64,000 nt of DNA from Octopus sinensis (lineage: Eukaryota): assembly GCF_006345805.1 (NCBI RefSeq), contig NC_043021.1, forward strand, positions 434,001-498,000. Direction: 5' to 3'. The notes beneath the pieces are model-generated. The model saw only the letters and a list, made by a program, of their open reading frames with translations. It did not search any database and was not told the DNA's origin. A program made the translations under genes and the position numbers. Positions 1-12,325 of the stretch are shown here, piece by piece (within the stretch, counting starts at the first letter, position 1; each line of letters opens with the position of its first letter).

Positions 1-389
1 GATCAATTTCCACCACATTTCCGTCTTCTAGGGACGTTCTTCCGCTTTTGAAGCGCCCGTACCACTCAAAACTTTGCGTGCGACCCATTGCCTCATCGCT
101 GTAAGCTTGCCAATGCGTACTCAGTGTTTTTGTAGCAGACTTCCCAAGGTTAACGCATAATTTCACGTTGGCTCTTTGTTCCAATTTCCTGTCCATAGCA
201 AAAATCACAGACTGCAGCATACAGCTGATCACAAGAATACAAATTTCACAACTTGTGAAGTAAACACAGCAATGTTACTCGCCACACTGCCTCATAAAGT
301 TCATGGTAGCTCTCACTGCGCATGCAACCGTGTGTTGCCATCTGTTGGCGCGCTACAGAACTAGTCCGGGAACATTTTATACCCCCTTA
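1..389 (-). mobile_element. Mariner (Tc1/mariner) 5' end: TIR and transposase N-terminus, runs off the window start
   Basis: Minus strand from ATG at 196 reads MDRKLEQRANVKLCVNLGKSATKTLSTHWQAYSDEAMGRTQSFEWYGRFKSGRTSLED (mariner HTH region); TIR-like end TAAGGGGGTATAAAATGTTCCCGGACT next to TA at ~389. Confidence 0.85.
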
Positions 390-566
390 TATGTATGTCA
401 TTATTAAGTATATTTCAAGATTAACGATTTTTCGTAACGTCTGTTGCCATTGATAGCCGACGAGAGTGTATCGTAGCTGTTCGCTCCGGCATTCGAGACC
501 TCACTCTATCGCTAACTTCAGTTTTCCGAGTCATTGAATCACCTTATTTATTTATTTATTTTGCAG

Positions 567-747
567 TGTTGTCAGTAATAAAGTCTGAAGCAGTCGAAGA
601 CTGCATTCCAGTAATTAATAAGAAGGATTTCTGGGTTCCAATCAATCAGCCAATTGTGGTGAGTTGCCGACTGGGAACATGCACCTACAAATTTGAAGGT
701 ATCACTTGGAAAAGACATGGCCAAAAGATAAACGATTACACAGAATC
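567..747 (+). CDS. Ig-domain surface protein, first visible exon (end of signal peptide plus N-half of Ig domain)
   Basis: Acceptor ttttgcag|, donor |gtaagt; phase 1 to 2; encodes LSVIKSEAVEDC...VVSCRLGTCTYKFEGITWKRHG (B-strand Cys, C-strand Trp). Confidence 0.8.
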
Positions 748-1094
748 GTAAGTGACGTCATTCCATTTTGTATTTCCGTCTTACACATTCACATGTATGT
801 TGTTGCTGTCGTTGTTGTTGTTGTGTGTAGGTAGAATATCTGTGGTCATTATAAACAAAGAAAGTCCACCTATGACCATCTCATCGTTTATTCAGAAATA
901 GGGCTTCCTTGTTTAATATTGTGTTCCATTATCGGGTTGGGAGAGTGAGATCCGAAGGATATTTGACTGCTATATTTTACAGATCGAGCGACATGCAAGT
1001 TTGTCTATCTGAATATATGCGCATACGCGTTTGTGTTTGCATGTATGTACGTGCGTGTACATGTGTGTTCATGCATGTGTAAGCACGAAATTTA

Positions 1095-1450
1095 AAACAG
1101 GGAACTTCTGCCCAAATTCGTGAATCTTCTCCGTTCGTCCCCCACAAATTCTACCTTCCAGCAAACCTCATTCGCTTTGCCTGCAGAGTATTCATGATAT
1201 TTTTGGATTCATTATGGTCTTAGAGGAAAAGACTGAGAGTCAGGTTTATAACGCCTCCTTGCTCAGACCAGCCACTCGGTATGTCAGTTTGGTCCTCCAT
1301 AGTTCTTAGAAATAAATATCAATGACTCTGTAGAATGCCAACATTATGTAATGATATCCAACTACGAGTTTTCTTCCGAATTCATCTCATGATGCACTTT
1401 TGCCACAGCCTTTGTGAAAGTTTAAATGTCGGTTATGTAAATGTTATTGT
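1095..1450 (-). pseudogene. Highly decayed LINE reverse transcriptase remnant (CR1-like)
   Basis: Minus-strand traces resembling DFSKAFDKV and VPQG motifs, with stops and frameshifts. Confidence 0.35.
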
Positions 1451-2078
1451 TGATGTTGCTTCTGTTGTGTTTGCAGACCAAAATTTAGACCAAAATTATT
1501 TGAAATCTTCCTGAAAAAGGGATCTTTCTACGAAGCTCTTGTTTCGCTTCATTCTCTGATATACAGCTGATGGATTAGCAACCAGCTTGTCAATGCTTAC
1601 GTCATTGTTGTATCCCCCACGCCATCCCTGATAACGGAAATTTCTTCAACATTTTGACTTCATATCCTGCTCTCAGAATCTGTTGGGAGTGGTAGAATCT
1701 CTGAAACATTTTTTAAAGCATAGTATATAGTTAGTGAATAAGTTCTGTGAATTATTATCTATCATATGATAGTTTTAAATTCCTGGTTCTGCTGCGTGGG
1801 CTGTTTAATTATCCAGGATTACCAGCGTTCAGCTACTTTATTAACACGTACACTGCAGACGTCTCTGAAGTGTTTTTTATTCCTCTATTTATTACAATGA
1901 TAGCTGAGGTATAATATCAGGTATTGACCAATATATATATCCTTCAAGTCATCTTCTCCGTCCATAATTATTGGGTGGGTGGGATGGTGGCGGTGGAGTC
2001 GTCAGGCACCTCGTCCATAGGTTAACTCTTATTGGACTTTCCGACTGGATTCCCAGGCGTCACCAACTGAGATTATCC

Positions 2079-2468
2079 AGGCATGACTGTCTGGTAAGAA
2101 GCTTGCTTCCCAACTGCATGGTTCCGAGTTCAGTCTCACTGCGTGACACCTTGGGAAAATGTCTTCTACTATGGCCTCGAACCGACCAAAGCCCTGTGAG
2201 CGGATTTGGCAGACAGAAACTGAAAAAAGCCCTTGCCTTTATTCGCCACCACCACCACCCTCACCCAGTACCGCTTGACAACCGGTGTGTTGGTGTATTT
2301 ACGTTCCCGTGAATTAGCGGTTCGGCAAAAAAGACCGATAGAATAAGTTCTATGACTAAAAGAAAAAAATAAGTACTGGAGTCGATTCGTTCGACTAAAA
2401 ATTCTTCAAGGTGGTACCCCAGCATGGCTGCAGTCTAATGACTAAAGCAAAAGATAAAAAATAAAAGA
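2079..2468 (+). mobile_element. tRNA-derived SINE, family B (other copies ~3809-4015 -, 9135-9310 +, 10041-10410 +, 16469-16884 +, 20300-20575 -, 21683-22095 -, 24729-24880 +, 54878-55050 + 56789-56993 +)
   Basis: Repeated head TGGCTGTGTGGTAAG...GGTTCAGTCCC (A/B-box-like), internal (TG)n, tail GGCGGTGCTCCAGCATGGCCGCAGTCAAATGACTGAAACAAGTAAAAGA; at least 9 similar copies in the window. Confidence 0.85.
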
Positions 2469-4084
2469 TCTCGGTTGGCGCAGCTTAAAGAATGCATCTT
2501 GCGATTCTATCTTGTCCTATTTTAATTATATCTCCGTAGGACCGGAGTTGTAACCTCTCAATGCAGAGAAGTAGCAGCTTGATCTAATTCATGCTGTCAC
2601 CTATTTTCATACGGCTTCTAGTTATGACTTTTGTCAAGAAGTTGCTTCATAATTTTTTTAATCCTTCGTTCGTCAAAAACGATCTGTTAATTAATGATAG
2701 CTTGAAGAAATTAGAAAGATTAATTTCAAACTATGACTTAAGACTGTTTTTAAGATGAGCATATTCTATTTTCATCTGCGTCGAATCAGTAGCATTGGGT
2801 GAGTTGAGGGATGGTGGCGACTATTCGTTTACACCGACTTTGTTATAGCGCTACGTAAGATCTTCATTCAACCGCAGAGAACAGATGCAGTGGAAAGAAT
2901 ACTTACGTTGTCTTAACTCACAGGATCGTTTATCCTTTTGTTGTTGTTGTTGTTGGTACTGGTGTGATTATGAATGAAGTGCTATGATGGTGATAGTGAA
3001 ATTCCACGCAATAAGAAATATCTTTTGTCATCCGATCTGAATAATGCTAAACAGTCAAGGGGAAAGTGCTTCTCTTACTTTTAACAGACAAAAAAAAAAT
3101 AGTTTCAAATCTAGGCTGAGCAAGAAAGGTGTAATTAAATAAAAAAAAACATTCAAGCAGACATCCGAAACTGTCTTCTATGCTTAATGACAACTGTTAA
3201 TGGCGCCATCTTGTGCATTTGTATAAATTTATAAAAGCATGCATGTGTACGTGTGTGTGTGTGCATTCATACATTTACACACACACATATATATATATTT
3301 ATGCATATATATTACATATATGTGTGTGTGTGTGCGCGCGCGCACGCGTATGCATACATATACGCACCCACTATCATATATACGTGTGTGTGTTCCTGTG
3401 TATGTGAAAACACATAACCAACATGTTGGAGTGTTTGGTTCCCGACCAAAAATTCGTGGGTTCGATTTTTCGATCAGACAGAGCATTGCAGTCTAGAGCA
3501 AGGCACTCCATTTCTCGCTACTCTACTGAGTCAGCTAAAATCTATACCAACTGATTACTGGTGAAAGGCCCTCTCCTTGTGATTGTTACATCATGAATGT
3601 TCTGCTGGGTCTCAGCAATGGGTGTGTCTATTAGCAAAATCATAGCACGTACTACCGAATCCTAGCGAAGGCATCTGGCGGCCGTAGGATGTGTGTTTGT
3701 GTGGGCCCGTGTATGCATGTATATATTGAAATGCACAAAACATGCGTGTATGCATGTGTGTACGTGTGTATATGCGCATACGTGTACATGCTAGTGTGTG
3801 TGTGTGTGTTTTATCTTTTATTTTGCTTGTTTTAGTCGTTGGACTGCGGCCATGCTGGGGCACCGCCTTGATGCGTTTTAGTCGGACAAATTGACCCCAA
3901 GATTATTTTTTCAAGCCTGGTATTTATTATAACGATTTCTTTTTGCGAAATCGCTTATTTACGGGAACGTAAACACACCAACACCGGTTGTCGAACACTG
4001 GTTGAGGACAAACCCGGACACACACACACACACTCATGCACACATACACATATGTATTGTGTATATGTCTATAACTGATACTCC

Positions 4085-4399
4085 GTCGGTTACGACGACA
4101 ATGGTTCCAGTTGATCCAATCAACGGAACAGCCTGCTCGTGAAATAAACGTGCAAGTGGCTGAGCACTCCACAGACACGTGTACCCTTAATCTCGTTGTC
4201 AGAGAGGATTCATCGTGACACAGAGTGTGACAAGGTTGGCCCTTTGAAATACAGGCACAACTCATTTTTGCCAGCTGAGTGAACTGGAGCAACATGAAAT
4301 AAAGTGTCTTGCTCAGGAATACAATGTGTCGACAGGAATTGAACTTACGACCTTACGATCGTGAGCCGAACGCCCTAACCACCAAGCCACGCACCTTCA
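4085..4399 (-). mobile_element. tRNA-derived SINE, family C (other copies ~8028-8075 -, 33215-33420 +, 37450-37550 -, 57680-57770 -)
   Basis: Head GGCTTGGTGGTTAGGG...GTTCAATTCC followed by GAGCAAGACACTTTATTTCA, repeated in the window. Confidence 0.7.
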
Positions 4400-5404
4400 C
4401 ATATGCCAATAAGCTAGATTCAAGAATATTCTACGTAATTTTCACCCTTCCATTAATAACTCTTAAACTCTCTGGTTTTGTGAAACCCAGTTACACGAGA
4501 TTGATGCTCAAATAGTAAATTACATAATCAGTACCCCCACCCCACCCCCAATAAACAGGTATTAATCTATAGCAAAGGTGTAGTAATTTTTCTGGATTTC
4601 TCGTTAGTTGAACCGCTGTGTTTACGTCAGGTGAACAACTGGTTTTTACTACCCACCCGATCACTTAAATTTTCCTTCCTTTTCTTCTACTCCAGATTAT
4701 ATTTGTTGATTCTACATTTCACAAACATTTCAGTAGAAACATGCAAGTGTATAAACACGTGTGTGTGTGTGTGTGTGTGTTTATATGTATCTGTGCATAT
4801 GTATATGCGAATTTATATACATACAGAGAGAGGGGGTGGAGTAGAGAGATATTTGATATTTCTTGCCAAAATACGAGCCAGTCACTAAGAAAGCGACAAG
4901 CTTTTCTTGTTTAAGGAAAAAATGGTTTCAGTCAGTTGTATATTTTTTAATGTGAGCGTCTGTGGTGACGGTGGGAAGGTGGAGGTTTGTGTGTGTATGT
5001 ACGTATGTGAACACATGTTTGTGTGTGTGGATGGATAGGTGGATGTATGTGTGCATACGCAAATGTGAGCACATGTTCATATGGAAGTATGAGTATATGA
5101 GTGTGTTTCTGTGTGTAAACATACGTGTATTTCAGTATGAGCGCTTGTGTGTGTGCGCGCGCACGCGTGTGTGTGTACCTGCGTGTGTATGTATATACAT
5201 GCAAGTGTGCATATAGTGATTGCATAACTACCCACAAAATATATTTGTGGTATCTATGAGTGCCAACATATATGTATGCAAGAATATCATTTTGTGTATA
5301 TGAAATTCTACATGCATATATGAATGTATACAATGTTTGTATATATTTAGTCACGTAGACACATACATGTGTATATGCGTGTATATATGAGCATATATGC
5401 CACT

Positions 5405-5770
5405 ACCCTAGGTTAGAGAAATGTCTCGATGCCTTCCAGCTTCATTGCCTGAGACGTATCTTAAACACAAGATGAACTGACAGTCACGGAGTTCAAGCTT
5501 GCGTCCATTTACCAAACCACTTCATCCTTCTCCAGCAGCAACGTCTCTGCTGGCTTAACTACTTACACCACACGTCAGATGGAATGATCCAGAAAGACCT
5601 CGTGGACAGGGGAAATGGCTCCTGGCAAGAGAGGACTAGGGCGGTCTCTGCAACATGGGCTGTCACTCATGTGTTGCCTCTACGACCGTAGCAGATATTA
5701 TTCTACAAATGAGGCTGAAGCAAAAATTCTGAAATTCAGATTCGTTGTCTCATGAGATTAATGACTGCCT
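5405..5770 (+). pseudogene. RTE-clade LINE C-terminal remnant
   Basis: LEKCLDAFQLHCLRRIL...LLQQQRLCW...IQKDL...GKRG resembles the RTE C-terminus; disrupted. Confidence 0.6.
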
Positions 5771-6100
5771 GCCAGAGTCACACACACACACACACACACG
5801 CAGATAGATAGACAGATATCATTAATTAAATATATTCTGTTAGAATATTATATACTGAATTTATAATGAGTGCTCTTTGTATAAAATGTCAAAAATATTA
5901 ATACTATAAAGTATTTAGACATTAATACGAGTGATTATATATACTGTATTTTGAAATAATAGCATGAAATTCAATATCAAACAAAATTTCTCATGAAGAT
6001 ATATTTGTCTAAAATAGTATTGTATTAAAAATATATGTAACTATTTGAAACATGACAGTTTAAAAATTTGTTTAATTAATGCATCTTAGATAGAGATATA

Positions 6101-6900
6101 CGAGGAGGTACCCAGATGAAGCTGGAGTTTTTCAATGTTATTTTACTTACTTATACATGTTTACACTTTTATTGCCTTCAAATTATTTTCCATTTCAAGC
6201 GATGCATCAGTCCAGACGCATTTTCAACTATTCAATGCAGTGCTGGAACTCTTACGAAGTGTTGCTTTTTAACGCTTCCATCGTGTTTTTTTTTTTTTTT
6301 TACCTCTTCCACATCGGCAAATTCCGTAGCACCAGCTTTCCTCACCACTGATGACCTTCGAAAAAAGGTCCGGTTCAATTTCCAACTGTTCTTTCAAGTT
6401 CACGACACGCATTCAGGCGTGACTGCTTGATTTCCCGAGGGCAAGCGAGGCACAAATTTTGCTGCAACTCTTTTCATTCGGAATTCCTCACTTAAAATTG
6501 GCAGGAGCTCCAGGGCAGACCAGTCATGTCAACAAGTTCATCAATTTTTCGGTGACGGTCCTCCAAGATCAGTTCATGAATTTTCATGATGTTTTCATTC
6601 GATCAGGAGATCGACGATCACCCTGAACAAGGTTGGTCATCAAGCGACAAGTGACCATTCCTCAAGAGTGGAAACCACTCATAAACTTATGTTTTGCTTT
6701 TGGCAGCATCCTTGTAATCTGTTTGAAGCATGACAACTGCTTCGGTTTATATTTTCCCCGGCAGAAAACAGAATTTCCTTCATTTCAACTATCGCAAAAA
6801 TCGACGAACAAGGGAGAAGCCCTGCAAAACAAAGATGCACAATGTGGCAGTATGGCCATACTGGAAAACGCCAGACAGCAGACTGATGCCTGAGGGTTGC
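6101..6900 (-). mobile_element. Internally deleted mariner element in an intron of the Ig gene
   Basis: TA|CGAGGAGGTACCC TIR at 6101; minus strand encodes VYEWF...DDQP, ILSEEFRMKRVAAKFVPRL and a C-terminus like DVEEVKKKTMEAL...CIA..G..FEG, with stops. Confidence 0.8.
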
Positions 6901-7119
6901 ATAAAGTGGCTTCTAGCAGCCGAAGCCCAAATTAAAACGGGTTTGTCCCACAGAGAACGTACAGAGAATATAAATGAAGAATTTTTAAAAATTCAAATGC
7001 TTAACCAGTTTCATATTTAAATGATTTTCAAAAGGATATCTTTCGAAGTCAGAAACGATAGTTTGCCACAAATCTTCCTCAAAACGTACACTTATATATT
7101 GTTTGTGTTTATATTTTAG

Positions 7120-7250
7120 AATCAGTGCAATACGATACCAAAATAAGACTAAACTCCGTATTTTAAGAATGAACAAATCATATGAAGGCGAGTATGTTTG
7201 TTCGAGTGAGTATTCCAGAAAATCCAGAAGTATATTTATCCATGTCAGCG
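7120..7250 (+). CDS. Ig-domain surface protein, second visible exon (C-half of Ig domain)
   Basis: Acceptor atattttag|, donor |gtaagt; phase 2 to 1 matches both neighbours; KLRILRMNKSYEGEYVCSS fits the L-x-I...D/E-G-x-Y-x-C Ig motif; sequons NKT and NKS. Confidence 0.85.
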
Positions 7251-7288
7251 GTAAGTCACTCGTAATAACCATTATTACAATTGTTATT

Positions 7289-7610
7289 AAGGCGGCGAGC
7301 TGGCAGAAACGTTAGCACGCAGGGCAAAATACTTAGCGGTATTTCGTCTGCCGTTACGTTCTGAGTTCAAATTCCGCCGAGGTCGACTTTGCTTTTCATC
7401 CTTTCGGGGTCGATTAAATAAGTACCAGTTGCGCACTGGGGTCGATGAATCGACTTAATGCGTTTGTCTGTCATTGTTTGTCCTCTCTGTTTTTGGCCCC
7501 TTGTGGGTAGTAAAGAAGTAGGTATTTCGCCCGTCGCTACGTTCTGAGTTCAAATTTCGCCGAGGTCAACTTTGCCTTTCATCTTTTCGGGGTTGATAAA
7601 CTAAGTACCG
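7289..7610 (+). mobile_element. tRNA-derived SINE, family A (other copies ~9880-10040 +, 19530-19650 -, 19785-19937 -, 22745-23310 +, 27360-27650, 41090-41270 +, 50165-50370 +)
   Basis: GGCGGCGAGCTGGCAGAAACGTTAGC...GTTCTGAGTTCAAATTCCGCCGAGGTCGACTTTGCCTTTCATCC repeated many times; some copies end in (ATT)n. Confidence 0.85.
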
Positions 7611-7710
7611 TAGCTTAAACTTGTTTCTACTAAAAGATGCAACGCTCTCATGTTTGAGCGTATCATCGGAGCTTCAAAAGTAAAATGCAATTTTATTTGG
7701 GAAAGTGTTT

Positions 7711-7748
<38 letters not shown>

Positions 7749-7998
7749 GGATGGATGGATGATGGATGGATGGATGGATGGATGGATGGATGGATGGATG
7801 GATGGATGGATGGATGGATGATGATGGATGGATGGATGGATGGATGGATGATGGATGGATGGATGGATGGATGGATGGATGGATGGATGGATGGATGATG
7901 GATGGATGGATGGATGGATGGATGGATGGAGGATGGATGGATGGATGGAGGATGGATGGATGGATGGATGGATGGATGGATGGATGATGGATGGATGG
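7711..7998. repeat. Compound microsatellite (AGAT)n-(GGAT)n
   Basis: Directly visible; source of the MDGW and HPSI artefact ORFs. Confidence 0.98.
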
Positions 7999-8397
7999 AT
8001 CGATCGATCGATCGATCACAACCTTACGATCATGAGCCGAATGCCCTAACCACTAAGCCACGCGCCCTCACCACACACACATATACACACATATCTATAT
8101 ATACACTTAGAACCTACCCTAATATAAAATGTAGTTTCTAAGTATATATATATATATATATATATACATAGAAATGCATTATTAAAATGGATTAAAATGT
8201 CAAATATAAAAACAGTAGCAAAAAAAAGTAGATTTTGTTTCGTGGTTTTGCCACTGAGAAATTGCAAGTTCTCTGTATTGTCGTTCGTCGCCTGGTAGGC
8301 GATAGATACACAGTTCGAATGGGAGTCACTGAAAGTATTTCCTGAATTTATCCGAAATAGATGTTCATAAAGTCTAATATTTATTTTGTTTTTACAG

Positions 8398-8633
8398 AAT
8401 CCTCCATAACAACAGAGTATCGAACTGCACCAACGACACCATCAACTGGAACTGAAACGACAGAGACTACGTCAACCGACAAAACTTCCTCCTCAGATGA
8501 AAAACTAACTACATTCCCAACCACTTCCGGAAGCGCTCGTATCACATCACAATGTAAAACATTTTGGCCATATGTCACACTTTTGTATACTATTCTCACA
8601 CTATATTTCATAAATTGCGAACATTTCACGTAA
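8398..8633 (+). CDS. Ig-domain surface protein, last exon: Ser/Thr-rich stalk and GPI-signal-like hydrophobic tail
   Basis: Acceptor tttttacag|, phase 1; ESSITTEYRTAPTTPSTGTETTETTSTDKTSSS...TTSGSARITSQCKTFWPYVTLLYTILTLYFINCEHFT*, TAA at 8631-8633. Confidence 0.8.
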
Positions 8634-9350
8634 CATATAAAAAAAAAAAGCTAACCAACATTGTGAGCTGCATAGATTTCACATTGTATTTTTAAAGTTA
8701 CTAATTTGTCAAACTTTACATTCTCTGCAGTTATTTCACATGACGCTGCAAAGCAGAGGTATAAACTGCATTCTTTGTGCAGAATGAAATTTAAATGTCC
8801 AGTTACAATTTGTGCATATGTATATCAAATATGAGACTACGAAGCCAATGAACTACATACATTTCATAGTCTGGTTGAAGCATATAAAGTATAAACAACA
8901 AACATTTCACATCATGATGAAATATACGGAACAGAAAACATTTCGTCGAAAAAGGATAAAACGAGCAAAACATGGAATACAAGAGGTTATCATCTCTCTC
9001 CCTCTCCCTTCTCTGCCTCTCTCTCCTTCTCTTTCTCTCTATCTCCCTTTCTAGCTATGTGTGTGTGTGTGTGTATGCATCTATGTATGCATGGATGGAT
9101 GGATGAATGGATATATGTATATGTGTGTATGTGTGTTATGGTTGTCCCCCACCACCGCTTGTTTACGTACCCCTAACTTAGTTGTTCCCCAAAAGAAGCC
9201 GGTAGAATTTGTGCAATGTTTTCGAAACACCTACTGAGCTTGTCTTGTTAGATTAAACCCTTCAAGGCCGAGCCCCAGCATGGCCATAGTCAAATGACTA
9301 GAACAAGCATTGTTTAAGTATCTTTTATATTTTCTAGAAATAACTAGATA

Positions 9351-9560
9351 AATTTAGCAGTAAGGTGATTAATTTAGAGGTAACGCAATGGCTGGCGCTA
9401 TAATTTCAGGGTTAACAATACATTTTAGGGGTAAATTTATATATTTTAGGATAATGCGATAGATTTCAAGGTAATCCACTATGGTTTTAGGGGTAGCGAA
9501 ATCCATTTCAAGGTGACCCAATAAATTTAGCCTGTTAAACTAAAGGGTACCCGATAAATT
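9351..9560. repeat. Degenerate ~20-21 bp minisatellite, about 9 units
   Basis: Recurring ATTT(T/C)A(G/A)GG(G)TAA cores near 9351, 9371, 9402, 9421, 9442, 9462, 9483, 9504, 9524. Confidence 0.55.
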
Positions 9561-10913
9561 TAATGTAATTCAATTTTTAGAAATAATTGACTAATTTATA
9601 TACATATAAGACGAGAGATGTAGTGACGTGTATCATGTTTTAATGACAGCACTATTGAATGAAGAGAAATCAAATTTACAATTATAGAAATTATTTTATC
9701 GCTATTTTCTTTCTCGAATTTTATATTACATGCTTTTTAATTTTATTTTTGAATAAATATTTTTCTTTCTTCATGTTACTTTTTCAAGATGAAAAATATA
9801 ATTTAAAGCATTTTCATGTTCTTTCTCTTTTTTTTATATAAAGGAATAGAGAAAGTAATTTTTAATTCAATATACGCGTGACTATTACGTTCTGAGTTCA
9901 AATTCCACCGAGGTCGATTTTGCCTTTCATCCTTTCAGGGTCGGTAAATTAAGTACCAGTTGCGTACTGGGGTCGATCTAATCGACTGGCCCCCTCTCCC
10001 AAAACTTTCGGGTCTTGTGCCTACAGTAGAAAAGAATATTCGCGTGGCTGTATGGTAAGTTCCGGGTTCAGTTCCATTACGTGGCACCTTGGTCAAGTGT
10101 CTACTTAGGCTGTCCAAAGCCTTGTGAGTGGATCTGGTAGACGGAAACTGAAAGAAACCTGTCGTATGTGGGTGTGTATGTGTGTGTGTGTGAGTGTGTA
10201 TCTTTGTGTCTGTTTGTCCCCCACTACCGCTTGACAACCGGTGTTAGTGTGTTTACGTCCCCGTAATTATCGGTTCGGCAAAAGAAACCGATAGAATAAG
10301 TACAAGGCTTTTAAAAAATGTACTGGGGTCGTTTTGTTCGACTAAAAGACCTTTCAAGGCTGTGCACCAGCATGGCCGCAGTCAAATGACTGAAACAAGT
10401 AAAAGAAAAAGGATAGCCAAAATGGATATTGAATGGATGATCTGGCCAATGTCCTGTTTCCGTTGACCATTATGTAATAGAGCAGCTGATCATGTCAATA
10501 GCCGCACAGTGTTGAACGTGAAGGGAAGATTTAGCCGTATGTCTGGTCAATAGCCAATATATCTATGTTGGTCACTATGCAGTAGAAACTGAGCGGCAAT
10601 CTGGTCAGGAACCAATATATCGACGATGAATTGTAAAATGAGTTATGTCCGTGTTGACCATAGACTGAATTGCTTAACTGGTCAATAACCAATTTATATG
10701 GATGTATGGATGTGTAACTGGACGGGCGGCTGTGAGCAGCACTTTTAATATTATGGCAACGAATTCTTTCACACAATCTACAAATGAATAAAATTATGCG
10801 AAATTATTTCCACTGAAATTAATTTTATGATTACAATCTGAACAGAAATATCAGCTTTATCTCTGCACATCTGGATTCAATAACAAACATATAAAATGAT
10901 GTGTTTTTCTTCA

Positions 10914-10961
<48 letters not shown>

Positions 10962-11063
10962 GAGCTGTGTATGTGCTGTTCCGTCTCTGGTGAGATCAAC
11001 AAAAATAGTACTCCATCTAGTGAGCGATAAATGTTATTTAATATACGCAGGAATTAAATGTGA

Positions 11064-11220
11064 GCTACTCTAAGTTACATGCCTCTAAAAATATAATGGT
11101 CGGACAAATCTGTATGGTGTGCCGTGTATTTTGAGTTTGATTGGTTGTCTAAAAATACACGGCACGCTATACAACATTGACCGATCATTGTACTTTTAGT
11201 GACATGAAGCTAATAGTAAC
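11064..11220. mobile_element. Foldback/MITE-like imperfect inverted repeat, ~72 bp arms and 13 nt loop
   Basis: Left arm ...ATAATGGTCGGACAAATCTGTATGGTGTGCCGTGTATTTT matches the reverse complement of the right arm AAAATACACGGCACGCTATACAACATTGACCGATCATTGT... Confidence 0.75.
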
Positions 11221-11577
11221 TAACCAATGTATATTACATTATCCACTCACAATGCTTTGTCAGGCCCGGGGTTATAGTATAAGGCATCTACCCAACACAA
11301 CACGCTGTTTGCAATTCATATAGAAAGATAATAGTAATTGAAAATTGTAGCCATTCCCTAACCAGACAGGCATATGACAACATGACAGCCAAAACCCAGG
11401 ATCTTTAGAGAGGCACAATTTTACGTAAGGATGTACCTGATGAGACCCAGATTGCAAAATGATTGCAAGACATGTTGAACGGAGTCCCAACCATAAGGGA
11501 CAGTAGCAGGATGGATTGAAACAACCGTTGAACAAAATAAAGATTACTACCAGAAACATCTTCAGGTTACTTAAGAA

Positions 11578-11672
<95 letters not shown>

Positions 11673-11913
11673 CATCATTATCATTATGTGTGTGCGTGTG
11701 TGTGTGTGTAAGTACATGTGAGGATATATAAACTTCAGAGGGATAGAAATATCCAATATTACATTGGTTGAATGATATAGGAAGACACATAAATTATTAT
11801 TATAAAAACCAAGAGAGAAGATGGAGATAAGATTAAAATTTTTTATTAATCTTATCTCCGTCTTCTTTTGGGGGGTTATATATATATAATATATATATAT
11901 TATATATATATAT

Positions 11914-11958
<45 letters not shown>

Positions 11959-12209
11959 GAAAAAACAAGTCAAAAATAGAAAATGCTAAGATGATTTTAG
12001 TGAATCTTTCAGTAACGGTTCGGTCATTTTGAGACCTTTTCAACTGTAACGATTAAATAATTAAATTAGAAAAATTAGAAGAAAAGTTTTTTTAAAAGAA
12101 TATTTCTGTAGTAGTGTTCAGAATAAGTAGCATTCTGCCTTTCTCTGACTCCCTTCTTTGCACTTGTGTGTTCGAGGTCGTTTGACCAAAACGACCTCCG
12201 AACACACAA

Positions 12210-12259
12210 GTGCAAACCAGATGTATTGAAATAATAGATGTATTAGTATATAAACATAT

Positions 12260-12325
<66 letters not shown>

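Noticed and set aside
2079-2160. SINE heads as tRNA genes
   Set aside because: A/B-box-like heads run directly into SINE bodies; no complete cloverleaf recognised.
8634-8650. A-run after the Ig gene stop as evidence of a processed pseudogene
   Set aside because: The gene has introns with intact splice sites; the run is short genomic poly-A.
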